DNA of 64,000 bases from Dehalococcoidia bacterium (GTDB lineage: Bacteria > Chloroflexota > Dehalococcoidia > Lucifugimonadales > UBA3495). A model generated the notes under the pieces. It ran no database searches. It was given only the letters and a program-made list of their open reading frames with translations, and was not told where the DNA came from. The stretch's first letter is position 1; the number at the start of each line of letters is the position of its first letter. A program made the translations under genes and the position numbers. The stretch covers positions 29,611 through 93,610 of the forward strand of contig JASLXV010000023.1 in the NCBI GenBank assembly GCA_030740155.1, given 5' to 3'. This document shows, piece after piece, positions 17,990 through 28,030 of this stretch.

Positions 17990-20401
17990 ATGGCCGATCA
18001 AGCGCTGGCCGGCGTACGAGTGCTGGACCTTACCCAGGGCGTGGCGGGTCCTTTCTGTACCCGGCTGCTGGCCGACTACGGGGCCGAAGTGGTGAAGGTG
18101 GAGGCCCCCGGCGAGGGCGACAAGACCCGTCACCTGGGCCCTTTTCCCGGAGATATCCCGAACCGGGAAAAAAGCGGCTCCTTCTGGTACCTGAACTTCA
18201 ACAAGAAAGGCATCACCCTGGACCTCGAGGACCCGGAGGACGTTCAGAGCTTGAGGTGCCTGGCCGGCGAGGTGGACCTGCTGGTCGAGAGCTTCCGGCC
18301 CGGGGTCCTGGCCCGGTTTGGGCTGGACCTTGGGGGGCTGCAGAAGGCGAACCCGGGCCTGGTGGTGACCTCCATCACCGACTTCGGCCAGACCGGACCC
18401 TACCGCGACTACCGGGCCTGCCAGCTGGTACTCAGCGCCCTGGGAGGGCTGCTCTGCAACAACGGGTACCCGGAGCGGCCCCCGGTGCAAACCGCCGGCT
18501 GGCTCTGCGACTACGTGGTGGGCACATTGGCAACCGCGGGAGCCCTGGCCGCCCTCTACCATCGGAACCGGGGCGGACAGGGGCAACACGTGGACATTTC
18601 CGCGATGGACTGCATCGCCGCCATAGTGGGGCGGCAGGTCACGGAGCTTTCCCTCACCGGCCAGCAGGAGGGCCGGCGCGGCTCTGGCTTCCAGCTCATC
18701 CCCTGCCCCGACGGTTACATTGGCGTCAACATCCTGAACTTCCGCCACTGGGAGAATTTTTGCCGGATTATCGGGGCCCCCGACCTGGCTCAGGACCCCC
18801 GCTTCGAGATCAGCCTGGGACGCCAGCGCCACGCCAAGGAGTTGCACCAGCGGATCTTCCAGGCCCTGGAAGGCCGCACGCGGGCGGAGCTTTTCGCCCA
18901 GGGACAGGACCAGGGTGTCCCCATGGGGCTGGTGGCCACTCCCGAAGAGATCCTGGATTTCCCTCAGCATAAGGAGCGTGGCTTCTTCGTGAAGATGGCG
19001 CAGCCCGGAGCAGACAGCCTGCTGGTCCCTGGGGCCCCATTCCGGCCCTCGGCCACGCCGTGGAGGATGTCGTGTCTCGCTCCCACCCTGGGCCAACACA
19101 ATGGGGACCTCCGGGATAGCAGCCTGTTCTCTCCCCGGCGAGGCCCTGCGGCGGCCCCGGCGCCTCCGGGCCGGCTGCCCCTCGAAGGCATCCGTATCCT
19201 GGACTGCACCCACTGGGTGGCGGGTCCCTCGGCCACCCAGTACCTGGCCGCGCTGGGGGCCGAGGTGATCAAGGTGGAGTCGGTGCAGCACTTCGACGGG
19301 GCGCGAACCTCCGTGTACCAGATGGAGGGGATGGCCTACGAACAGTCGGCCAGCTACATCTTCCGCAACCGTAACAAGAAGGGGATAACCCTGAACCTCG
19401 CGGACCCCAGCGGACAGGAGCTCTTCCGGGGGCTGGTGCGGGAGTGCGACGTGGTGACCGAGAACTACACCCCGAACGTGATGCCCCGCTTCGGCTTGAG
19501 CTATCAGGACCTGAGGCCCCAGAACCCCACGATGGTGATGCTATCCATGTCCGGATACGGCGCCAGCGGGCCTTGGAGCCGCTACCCGGCGTTCGCCAGC
19601 ACCTTTGCCCAGATGTCCGGAATCTACCATCTGTCCGGCTATCCGGATTACCTGCCGACACCCCTCGGTGGAGGTGGCGTGGACCCCATCAACGGGATCA
19701 TGGGCACGGTGGCCGTGCTGGTGGGCCTGCTCCACCGGCAGCGTACCGGCCAGGGGCAGCACGTGGACTTTAGCCAGCTCGAGGCCATCACCACCATGCT
19801 GGGAGACTCGTTCCTGGACGTGGGGCTCAATGGACGGGTGCCGATGCGGCAGGGAAACCGCCACCCCAGGGCGGCCCCCTACGGGTGCTACCCCTGCCAG
19901 GGCGAGGACTCCTGGGTCACCATTGCCGTGTTCACCGACGACGAGTGGCGGCAGCTTTGTCGCGTCATGGGAACGCGCGAGCTGGCGGGCCAGGAGCGGT
20001 TTGCCAGCCTGGAAGCGCGGCTGGCCCATCAGGACGAGCTTGACGAGCTGGTAGGCAAGTGGACGGCGGAGCGCGAAGGCTACGAGGTCACGCGAGTGCT
20101 CCAGGAAGTTGGCGTAGCATCCGGCCCCGTTCTGCCGCCCGCGTTGCTTCCGAAAGACCCGCACCTGGAGGCAGGAGGATTGTTCGAGGAAGTGGAGCGG
20201 GCCTGGGTGGGCAAACTTCCCTACACCAAAGTTCCCATCCGCTTCTCCGCAACGCCCCTCGGCCCGTCGGCCCCCGCGCCATGCCTGGGAGAGCACAACG
20301 GCCCGGTGCTGGGGAGCCTGGTGGGGTTGGAGGAGGGAGAGCTTCAGGACCTGGAAGCGCGCCAGATTATCGGCACCGAACCCCTGACGGTGCGGGTCTG
20401 A
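17990..20401 (+). CDS. family III CoA-transferase with two fused CaiB/BaiF domains
   Basis: Two repeats (LAGVRVLDLT...AGP, LEGIRILDCT...AGP), each with NKKGITL and APxLGxHN. Confidence 0.92.
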   Translation: MADQALAGVRVLDLTQGVAGPFCTRLLADYGAEVVKVEAPGEGDKTRHLGPFPGDIPNREKSGSFWYLNFNKKGITLDLEDPEDVQSLRCLAGEVDLLVESFRPGVLARFGLDLGGLQKANPGLVVTSITDFGQTGPYRDYRACQLVLSALGGLLCNNGYPERPPVQTAGWLCDYVVGTLATAGALAALYHRNRGGQGQHVDISAMDCIAAIVGRQVTELSLTGQQEGRRGSGFQLIPCPDGYIGVNILNFRHWENFCRIIGAPDLAQDPRFEISLGRQRHAKELHQRIFQALEGRTRAELFAQGQDQGVPMGLVATPEEILDFPQHKERGFFVKMAQPGADSLLVPGAPFRPSATPWRMSCLAPTLGQHNGDLRDSSLFSPRRGPAAAPAPPGRLPLEGIRILDCTHWVAGPSATQYLAALGAEVIKVESVQHFDGARTSVYQMEGMAYEQSASYIFRNRNKKGITLNLADPSGQELFRGLVRECDVVTENYTPNVMPRFGLSYQDLRPQNPTMVMLSMSGYGASGPWSRYPAFASTFAQMSGIYHLSGYPDYLPTPLGGGGVDPINGIMGTVAVLVGLLHRQRTGQGQHVDFSQLEAITTMLGDSFLDVGLNGRVPMRQGNRHPRAAPYGCYPCQGEDSWVTIAVFTDDEWRQLCRVMGTRELAGQERFASLEARLAHQDELDELVGKWTAEREGYEVTRVLQEVGVASGPVLPPALLPKDPHLEAGGLFEEVERAWVGKLPYTKVPIRFSATPLGPSAPAPCLGEHNGPVLGSLVGLEEGELQDLEARQIIGTEPLTVRV

Positions 20402-20422
20402 GCGCCGGCGAGGATTGCGAGG

Positions 20423-20552
20423 AAATCCCCCTCGGTCCCCTTTTGCAAAGGGGGATGCACGGTGGCCCTGGTCTCATGGGCCTCACGTTGGCAAGGATTG
20501 CGAGGAGGCCCTCCACGGTCCCCCTTTGTTAAAGGGGGATACAGGGGGATTT
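20423..20552. repeat. CCCCCTTT-N-AAAGGGGG palindromic repeat pair
   Basis: Two copies here; related copy at 56410-56456. Confidence 0.65.
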
Positions 20553-20896
20553 GGCCCCAACCAAGTTCCAGAACAAGTATAACTGTCCATTCAAAAGCCG
20601 GTGATTCACGAACTGCGAATGGGTCTGCATCCATGTCGCCAGTATCAGTCGTGGCTTGGCCTGGCGGCTTCCCTGACCCGCGATAACACTGTTCGGGGCA
20701 AAGGCACGCGGGACTCCCCCATCGATACTCGGTGAGCGAGGCGGTTCTGGACAAATCTTCCCAGTTGACGCTACTATTCCTCCATCACTGTCCTGATGAT
20801 GGATCCTACCCAGTTTACCGGGCTGAACGCCTGCTTTCCGGGAAGATGTTCGCGGGCGAAGCGACGGTGGTGCAACCAAGATAAGGGGGGAGTCGT

Positions 20897-22267
20897 ATGG
20901 ATAAGCTCCAGGAACGGTTGGCCACTTATGCCTGCGCTCTGAACTACGAGGACCTGCCTCCGGCGGTCATTCACGCCGCCAAGGTGAGGGTGATCGACAC
21001 CATGGGCGCCCTGGTTGGGGGCTTCTCCGGAGAACCGTGCCGGATCGTACGGGCCATGGCTGCTCTTTCGTCCAGCCCCATGGCGGCCACCGTCCTGGGC
21101 ACTCGGGAGACGAGTTCTCCTGAGATGGCGGCTTTCGCCAACGCCGCCACGGCCCGGTATATGGAATCCAACGACGTGTATCACTGGCCGGGGAGTGGCG
21201 GAGGGCACCCCAGCGATACCCTCACTCCGGTCCTGGCGGTGGCCGAGCCGACCCACGCCAGCGGGCGGGAGTTCATCAACGCCATCGTGTTGGCCTACGA
21301 GATCTACCTGCGGGTTGGCGATGCCACCCGGACTCCGGGCTGGGACGCCGCCACCAGAGTGGTCTTGGCCGTCGCGATCGCGGCGGGGAAGATTCTGGGC
21401 CTTTCCCAGGAGCAGATGGCTCATTGCATCTCCCTGGCAGTCGTGCCCAACAACGCCCTCGGGCAGACGCGCAGCGGCCGTCTCTCCATGTGGAAAGCGG
21501 TGGCCGCGGGCCAGGCGGGAAAGGCGGGGGTGTTCGCCGCGCTGCTGGCCCGTCAAGGGATGGAAGGGCCGAACCTCCCGTTCGAGGGAGCGGCTGGGTG
21601 GTTCCGCAAGGTGTCCGGGGAGGCCTTTGCCCTGGAGAGCATGGGCGGCCGTGGCGCCCCTTTCAAGATATTGGACACTATTATCAAGGCCAGGGCTTCC
21701 TGCGGGTCTACCATCTCGTCGATTATGGCGGCTGAAAGAGCGCACGCCAGCCTGAAAAGCACCAGGGACGTGGAACGGGTCATCGTGGAGGTCTACGAGC
21801 CGGCCAAGCGAGGCATGGGCACCGATGAGGTGAACTGGCGCCCCGAGACCCGGGAGACGGCGGACCACAGCATACCCTACGTGGTGGCGGCGGCCTTGCT
21901 GGACGGCACCGTGGGGCCCCGCCAGTTCACGATGGAGCGCATCCGGGACCCGGAGCTAATGGCCCTGCTGCAGAAGGTGGAGGTGGTGAGCAACCCTGAG
22001 TTCACCAAAGCCTACGAGAGCGTTCCCGTGGGCCACTCCACTCGGGTGGAGGTGGTGACCACGAGCGGTCAGCGGCACGTGGGCGAGGTGAACAGCATCA
22101 AGGGAGACACCAGAGACCCCATGAGCGATGGGGAGATCGAGGACAAGTTCCGCATCAACACCCTGGGCATCCTGAGCGATGAGCGGGTCCGCTCCATCCT
22201 GGACCGCCTGTGGCAGTTGGAAGAGATGGAGAATGTAGCCGAGATACCGCCGGCTTTGGTTCTGTAG
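20897..22267 (+). CDS. MmgE/PrpD family protein
   Basis: ND...GHPSD, RSGRLSMWK, RETADHSIPY. Confidence 0.92.
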   Translation: MDKLQERLATYACALNYEDLPPAVIHAAKVRVIDTMGALVGGFSGEPCRIVRAMAALSSSPMAATVLGTRETSSPEMAAFANAATARYMESNDVYHWPGSGGGHPSDTLTPVLAVAEPTHASGREFINAIVLAYEIYLRVGDATRTPGWDAATRVVLAVAIAAGKILGLSQEQMAHCISLAVVPNNALGQTRSGRLSMWKAVAAGQAGKAGVFAALLARQGMEGPNLPFEGAAGWFRKVSGEAFALESMGGRGAPFKILDTIIKARASCGSTISSIMAAERAHASLKSTRDVERVIVEVYEPAKRGMGTDEVNWRPETRETADHSIPYVVAAALLDGTVGPRQFTMERIRDPELMALLQKVEVVSNPEFTKAYESVPVGHSTRVEVVTTSGQRHVGEVNSIKGDTRDPMSDGEIEDKFRINTLGILSDERVRSILDRLWQLEEMENVAEIPPALVL

Positions 22268-22361
22268 CCTCTGACGCCGCGGGTCCGAACGGGGCCTGGC
22301 CGGGCATCGGCAGAGAGGAGCCGGCAGGAAGCCGGAACGCAACGAAATGAGAGGAGGCACC

Positions 22362-23147
22362 ATGGAATACGAGAACATTCTGTACGAGAAGCGGGACCAC
22401 GTGGGCATCGTCACCCTGAACCGTCCCCGGAACATGAACGCCCTGGCGCCGGGGATGCACGAGGAGATCAAGGACGTGCTGGGGGTGATGCAGGAAGACG
22501 ATGACGTGCTGTGCACCATCCTGACTGGAGCCGGAGACCGGTCGTTCTGCGCCGGGGCCTTCGTGAAGAGTGATAAGACGCACCACGCGGATGGCCCGGC
22601 GGACTATCTGGTCCGGCGGGGCCGCAGCCCTCTGGAGGCGCTGGACAAATACCCCAAGGTTGTCATCGCGGCGGTCAACGGTTATGCCATCGGCGCCGGG
22701 CTGAACCTGGTGGTCTTGTCCGACCTGGTGATCGCCTCAGAGAACGCCAGCTTCGGCTTCCCAATGACCAGGCTCGGCATTATTCCCGCCTACGCCGGCT
22801 CGGCGCGCCTGGCCCAGTGGGTGGGCAAAGGCAAGGCCATGGAGATGGCCATAATGTCTCGCCGGATCGACGCCCAGGAGGCGTACCGGGTGGGCTTGGC
22901 CAACAAGGTGGTGCCCGCGGAGGGCCTGATGGCCGAGGCCATGGTCTGGGCGAGGGAGATCACCGAGTTGGCTCCCATCTCGGTGCGGCTGACCAAGGAG
23001 GATATCAAGCAGGGCATGGACACCGGCCCGGACAGCGCCTGCGACGCCAACTTTTTCCGCTTCATGGCCACCGTGCTCAGCGAGGACCGGGTCGAGGGCC
23101 ACGCGGCCTGGCGCGAAAGGCGGACGCCGGAGTTCAAGGGCCGCTGA
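22362..23147 (+). CDS. enoyl-CoA hydratase/isomerase family protein
   Basis: LNRPRNMNAL, FCAGA, AVNGYAIGAG; GAGGAGG SD. Confidence 0.9.
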   Translation: MEYENILYEKRDHVGIVTLNRPRNMNALAPGMHEEIKDVLGVMQEDDDVLCTILTGAGDRSFCAGAFVKSDKTHHADGPADYLVRRGRSPLEALDKYPKVVIAAVNGYAIGAGLNLVVLSDLVIASENASFGFPMTRLGIIPAYAGSARLAQWVGKGKAMEMAIMSRRIDAQEAYRVGLANKVVPAEGLMAEAMVWAREITELAPISVRLTKEDIKQGMDTGPDSACDANFFRFMATVLSEDRVEGHAAWRERRTPEFKGR

Positions 23148-23357
23148 CCGGCATACGAGCCTGGCTGATTGCGACCGCTGGGCGGTTGGTGTTCCAGCCA
23201 GCTGAGGTGTTGCCGTCCGGAGAAACGGTGGCCGGTGTGCCGGAACGGACCTGCCGGGTTCGTCCGGCACCTGGCCGGCCCAACCTGGAGTCCGGTATTG
23301 GTAACGGCTGAGGAGCTACCCTGGGGGGAGTGAATTGGTCAGGGGTTCCCTCTAGAC

Positions 23358-23457
23358 TGTCATTCCGAGGAGCAAAGCGACGAGGAATCTGGTGCCGGGC
23401 TCCCCATTTGAAACCTGGACCCACCGCCCCAGACCCCTCGCTTCACTCGGGGTGACA
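23358..23457. repeat. MITE-like element with imperfect terminal inverted repeats
   Basis: tgtcattccgaggagcaaagcgacgaggaatct ... agacccctcgcttcactcggggtgaca. Confidence 0.65.
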
Positions 23458-23648
23458 TTGTCCAGAGTACTTTTGGGGCAAGGCCATTGGTCAGGGACAG
23501 GCGATTGTTCGAGGTTACGCCGGGATTGGGAGGAGAGGTTGTTACCCCATGATAGTGGGGCAATTCCGCGAACCAGATGGCAGTGGACGCACTCGGGATA
23601 CCGGTATGCGGTTCACGGCGTCCTAGGGCGGGGTCGCGGAAATCGAGG

Positions 23649-24035
23649 TTAGGAGTTCCAGCCCAATACGGTTGCCACTTCGTCAGGCAATTCGATGACA
23701 TCGAAAGGTTTGGGGATGAGCCAGGTGGCCCCCAATTCCCCATAAATCCGCCGGTCTTTTTCGCCGGACAAAGCGGTCATCATGATTACCGGAATGTGCC
23801 GCGTAGCTTCGTCGTGCTGGAGTTCTTGAAGGGCCGTGACACCGTCCATCTCGGGCATTGAAACATCCAGTAGGATTACGTCCGGTTGCTCTTCTTTGGC
23901 GGCCGCGAAGCCGGCAATACCGGTGTCGGCCTGTAAGACTTTCCAGCCTTTTGTAGATTCGATTCCGATCTGAATGCAATCTCTAATGATGGCCTCATCG
24001 TCGACTACCAAGACAGTCTTATCAGGTATTGACAC
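23649..24035 (-). CDS. single-domain response regulator (receiver only)
   Basis: VLVVDDE, ILLDVSMPEMDG, MTA, PKPFD. Confidence 0.9.
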   Translation of the reverse strand: MSIPDKTVLVVDDEAIIRDCIQIGIESTKGWKVLQADTGIAGFAAAKEEQPDVILLDVSMPEMDGVTALQELQHDEATRHIPVIMMTALSGEKDRRIYGELGATWLIPKPFDVIELPDEVATVLGWNS

Positions 24036-24684
24036 TATTCACCCCTAATCTTGATATGCGTCATTGCCATCCACTATTCGGATTACGACCTCGAACGCTC
24101 AGTGAACGGATTGACGGGGTCTTCCAACTCTCCCTGCTTTTTTGGCGCCTTTCCCGACTTGACATAAACATAAACCTTGATCCCGTGGCATTGTCAACGC
24201 TTCACAGGCCGAGCTAATGGCATCTTTTGGGTCGCTCCGCCCTAGTGGAAAAGCCGGACTCGATTCGTACCCCAAATCCTGACAGGCACCAGCTTCCATC
24301 TCTCTAGCCACTCCGGGAGACCTCCCCACCAGCGGTCCGGGAAGCAACTCCGCCTCGCCGTTGCCGCATATGTGCGAAACTTGAGAACCCCCCCTCCGCC
24401 TGCCCGAATTTAGCGCGTCGCCATCAATTCAGCTTCAAATGACTCGTAGACCTGATCCAAATTGAAATGCAGCCGGGCGGTTGCCTATTTCGAGACAGGT
24501 GGATACACGGAGAACAGGCTGGGGCTTTCCGGCTTTTCGGCTAGAGGGGGCCGTGGGTGGCCACTCGACGCGGTGGGCTAAGAGCAGGGCCCCGGCAGGA
24601 GCGACTCAGCTTGCGGCTCCCCGCGCCCTGCGGCTAGGCTTAGGGTGAACGGATGGTCATAAGGGCAATTTTCGATATTTGGCG

Positions 24685-25413
24685 TTAGATACCCGCACCG
24701 CGAGTAAACTCAGCCAACAGGGCTTCTTCACGCTCTGGGCGGTGGTTCGTTGCCGTTGCCTTTTGCACCACCCCAAGCTTCTCCTCGAGTTGACCTACTC
24801 GGTCCTGAAGTCTTTCGTGGCTGCGCAGTACCAGCGTGATAGCCTCCGCAACCGGATCCGGAAGGTCTGCATGGTCAAGAACGGCCATCGGGTGTGGTTT
24901 CTCTTGGACCACTTTGCCGGGGACGCCGACGACCGTCGCGAACGGAGGAACGGTTTTCACGACAACAGAGCCGGCGCCGACCTTCGCGCCATCACCCAAA
25001 ACCACTGGGCCAAGGACAGCGGATCCACCTCCCATCACAACATTGCTGCCCACGGTTGGGTGACGCTTACCCTTATCCAGCGAAGTCCCCCCCAGCACGA
25101 CTCCCTGGTACATCAAGACATCGTCGGCAATCTCCGCGGTTTCTCCGATCACGACTCCGGAGCCATGGTCGATAAAGAACCGCCGGCCGATCGTGGCCCC
25201 CGGATGTATTTCAATCCCGGTTAGAAACCGGCCGATGTGGGAAAGCAAACGGGCAAGGAAATAGATCTTGTGCCGCCACAGGTAATTCGAGACTCGGTAT
25301 ATCCACACCGCGTGGAGACCCGGATAGCAGAAGACTATCTCGAGTCTGGTCCGCGCGGCTGGGTCCATCTTGAAGACAGTTGCTATATCTTCTCTCAGTC
25401 TTCCAAACATCAC
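24685..25413 (-). CDS. cysE: serine O-acetyltransferase
   Basis: [38 protein letters not shown]. Confidence 0.96.
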   Translation of the reverse strand: MMFGRLREDIATVFKMDPAARTRLEIVFCYPGLHAVWIYRVSNYLWRHKIYFLARLLSHIGRFLTGIEIHPGATIGRRFFIDHGSGVVIGETAEIADDVLMYQGVVLGGTSLDKGKRHPTVGSNVVMGGGSAVLGPVVLGDGAKVGAGSVVVKTVPPFATVVGVPGKVVQEKPHPMAVLDHADLPDPVAEAITLVLRSHERLQDRVGQLEEKLGVVQKATATNHRPEREEALLAEFTRGAGI

Positions 25414-25481
25414 AGGCCTGTCCTAATTGTGGTTTTACTGCTCCGGCGAAGCTTCAGACTTTATTGAGAACCAGGTTTGGA

Positions 25482-26402
25482 TTACGCGAAGAGTCCCGTG
25501 GATAGATATCGCTCCCCGGTATCGGGTGCGATCACCACGATAAGCTTGCCGGCGTTCTCCGGTCTCTTGGCAACCTGTATGGCAGACCAGACCGCGGCGC
25601 CTGAAGATATGCCTGCCAATATCCCTTCTTCTCTGGCAAGCCGCTTGGCCGTCGCCGCGGCATCTTCGTTAGATACCTGGATGATCTCGTCAATCAGGTC
25701 CGTACGGAGGACCTGCGGAACAAACCCGGCTCCTATTCCCTGTATCTTGTGGGGCCCGGGACTTCCACCGGAAAGGACCGGCGAAGCCACAGGCTCGACT
25801 GCAATAGCTTTGAAACTTGGTTTTCGCGGTTTGATTACTTCGGCAACTCCGGTTATCGTCCCGCCGGTACCCACTCCCGACACTAGGATATCCACCTGGC
25901 CATCGGTGTCGTTCCAAATCTCCTCGGCAGTGGTGAGCCGGTGAACCTCGGGGTTCGCCGGATTCATGAACTGTTGTGGCATGAAGGCGTTCGGGTCTTC
26001 TTTCACTATCTGCTCAGCCTTGCCGATGGCCCCTTTCATTCCCTCACTTCCCGGAGTCAGAACCAACTCGCAGCCAAAAGCAGCCAGGAGTTGCCGCCTT
26101 TCCTCCGTCATCGTCTCCGGCATGGTTAGAAGCAACCGGTACCCCTTGGAGGCACAGACCAGGGCCAATCCAATCCCAGTATTGCCGCTTGTCGGTTCAA
26201 CAATGACGGTGTTTGGCCCGATCAGACCGGCTTTTTCCGCCGCCGCGATCATCGACAGGCCGATTCTATCTTTGACGCTGCTGCAAGGATTGAACGATTC
26301 AAGCTTGGCCGCCACGGTGGCCGCTGCTCCGTCCAAGATGCGGTTCAATTTTACCAACGGCGTCCCACCGATCAGGCCAGTAATATCATCAGCTATTCTC
26401 AC
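25482..26402 (-). CDS. cysK: cysteine synthase A
   Basis: [47 protein letters not shown]. Confidence 0.97.
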   Translation of the reverse strand: MRIADDITGLIGGTPLVKLNRILDGAAATVAAKLESFNPCSSVKDRIGLSMIAAAEKAGLIGPNTVIVEPTSGNTGIGLALVCASKGYRLLLTMPETMTEERRQLLAAFGCELVLTPGSEGMKGAIGKAEQIVKEDPNAFMPQQFMNPANPEVHRLTTAEEIWNDTDGQVDILVSGVGTGGTITGVAEVIKPRKPSFKAIAVEPVASPVLSGGSPGPHKIQGIGAGFVPQVLRTDLIDEIIQVSNEDAAATAKRLAREEGILAGISSGAAVWSAIQVAKRPENAGKLIVVIAPDTGERYLSTGLFA

Positions 26403-26433
26403 GGTTGTGCCTCCTCAAAATGATCATTACGCC

Positions 26434-26462
26434 AAAAACCCCCAGTGATTTCACTGAGGGTT
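26434..26462 (-). terminator. intrinsic attenuator terminator upstream of cysK
   Basis: mRNA AACCCUCAGUG-AAAU-CACUGGGGGUU then UUU: 11-bp stem and U tract about 30 nt before the cysK start. Confidence 0.85.
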
Positions 26463-26523
26463 CTGGTCTTTTCAGCCTGGTTTTCTTTGGACAATCATTT
26501 ACAGGCGAAAGACCTCACCCTCA
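26455..26523 (-). promoter_or_regulatory. antiterminator helix, mutually exclusive with the terminator
   Basis: Leader UGAGGGU / GGUCUUU / GCCUG pairs with ACCCUCA / AAAGACC / CAGGC; ACCCUCA is the terminator's 5' arm. Confidence 0.8.
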
Positions 26524-26593
26524 AAATACAACAAGTGCAACAAGTACAACAGGTACAACAACAACCGGGGTTTCGGTCGACTTGGCTACACAT
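26495..26593 (-). CDS. cysteine-rich attenuator leader peptide MCSQVDRNPGCCCTCCTCCTCCILRVRSFACK
   Basis: Manual translation: 32 aa with 11 Cys, 9 of them within 12 codons; AAGGA SD 7 nt upstream; alternative in-frame ATG at 26620. Confidence 0.88.
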   Translation of the reverse strand: MCSQVDRNPGCCCTCCTCCTCCILRVRSFACK

Positions 26594-26629
26594 CTCGGAA
26601 TCCTTCGCGGTGATTGCCATGGCGGACAG

Positions 26630-26658
26630 AATATATCACATTCCATGACCATTGTGAA
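26630..26658 (-). promoter_or_regulatory. sigma70-type promoter of the cys leader
   Basis: TTCACA-17 nt-TATATT with extended TG. Confidence 0.6.
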
Positions 26659-26812
26659 AGTATGGTGGGGGGGCGGACCAATTGTCCGAGGTGGACTCAG
26701 CCAGTCGGAAAAGATTGGGGCAATATCAGGCGACAGTCTCGCCTTTCCGCCACAGTCTACCGCTGCTCTTTGGGCGGGCCACTTCTGCTAGCGTCTTGAT
26801 GCGCCGCCCCCC

Positions 26813-28024
26813 TCACACCCACGGCGTGCGCTTGGAGCGCTCTTTTTCCGAAGTGTAGGCGGGAAGTCCCTGGCGTTCCAGGACCTCGGTCAGCGTTTCC
26901 TTGAACAGCCGGCGGTCGGAGGCGCCGATCACGGCCTGCTCGTGGGCCTCGGAGATCGCCACCGGGTACCCCTGGCCCCGGCGGCACTGGTCCAGGATCA
27001 GGCTGTGGCCCAGGGACAATAGCGTCTCGTCCAGCGCGACCCACCGGGGGACCTCCACCCTGGCTATCTCCTCGCCGCCGTGCAGGTAGTAGAAATAGAC
27101 CTGCTGGGCCTCCCCGTAGTTCTCCCTGGGGACCGAGGAGTTGGTCCGGTAGATGGGGGAGCGCCACCCTGGGGGCAGCCGCCGCTGGAACAGGTCCCGG
27201 TCCAGGACGCCTCCGGCCAGGTCGCAAGGGGAGCGGACGGAGCGCCGGTTGCCGCAGGACTGGCGGCACACACCCAGGTCGTGGGGGCAGAGGCAGCATC
27301 TGATGGCGTTGACCACCTCGGTGCTCCGGGGCAGGGAGACGTAGGCGGCCAGGGTGACCGGACGGCGCTCGGCCAGGTGCCGTAGCCGCTCCAGCGCCGG
27401 AATCAGCCGGTCGCGAATAATCGCCTCCCTCACGAAGGGCCGGTATCCCTGGCCGGACAGTCCCCAGAGCACCAGGGAGCCGTCGACCAACGCCAGGACC
27501 GGCGTATCGGAGGGGCACTCGGCGACGACCTCGGCCAGTTGCTCCAGCTCCCGCACCGTCCGCACCAGGCCTAGAAGGGGGCCGGTTACGGCCTCTTCCT
27601 GGGCGGGATTTCCGGGGTCAACGAGGTAGAGTTCCGACGGGCCGGCCCCGAGTTGGGGATGGCTGAAGAAGCTGGCATCGGGACGTCCGCCGTAGGTCAG
27701 AACGCACCCGCCGAGGTTGATCAAGTGGCAGCTAACCGGAAGGTGCCGGTCAACGTCGATGTGGGAGCCGTCCACCGCCGTCACCGACCAGTCCGCCGGC
27801 GGTGGCGGCGGCGCGTAGCTGCCCACCAGGCGGTCTTCCACTTGGGCGGCCAGAAAAGGCCGGTCGGTGGAGGTGCGGGTGATCTCGGCGGCCTCGGCGG
27901 GGTCGACTCCCTGGGCCGCCTCCAGCAGGGCGGTCAGCCGGGCTTCCCGGTCCTCCCGGGACTGGCCCAAACCCTGGGCCACCCGGTCCAGTTGATGGAG
28001 GGTCTCACCCAGGTCCAGGGGCAT
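26813..28024 (-). CDS. nurA: NurA-domain nuclease
   Basis: AVDGS, LVDGSL, ARVEVP, GYPVAISEAHEQAVI. Confidence 0.85.
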   Translation of the reverse strand: MPLDLGETLHQLDRVAQGLGQSREDREARLTALLEAAQGVDPAEAAEITRTSTDRPFLAAQVEDRLVGSYAPPPPPADWSVTAVDGSHIDVDRHLPVSCHLINLGGCVLTYGGRPDASFFSHPQLGAGPSELYLVDPGNPAQEEAVTGPLLGLVRTVRELEQLAEVVAECPSDTPVLALVDGSLVLWGLSGQGYRPFVREAIIRDRLIPALERLRHLAERRPVTLAAYVSLPRSTEVVNAIRCCLCPHDLGVCRQSCGNRRSVRSPCDLAGGVLDRDLFQRRLPPGWRSPIYRTNSSVPRENYGEAQQVYFYYLHGGEEIARVEVPRWVALDETLLSLGHSLILDQCRRGQGYPVAISEAHEQAVIGASDRRLFKETLTEVLERQGLPAYTSEKERSKRTPWV

Positions 28025-28030
28025 CGCGGT

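Noticed and set aside
24099..24670. Integron attC site or transposase remnant
   Set aside because: No paired RYYYAAC/GTTRRRY structure, and the frames are interrupted with no recognisable motif.
26445..26791. Plus-strand ORFs with QQVQQVQQ or TTSTTGTTTT repeats
   Set aside because: Antisense shadows of the Cys-codon run. The minus-strand reading has an SD, the right orientation and functional logic.
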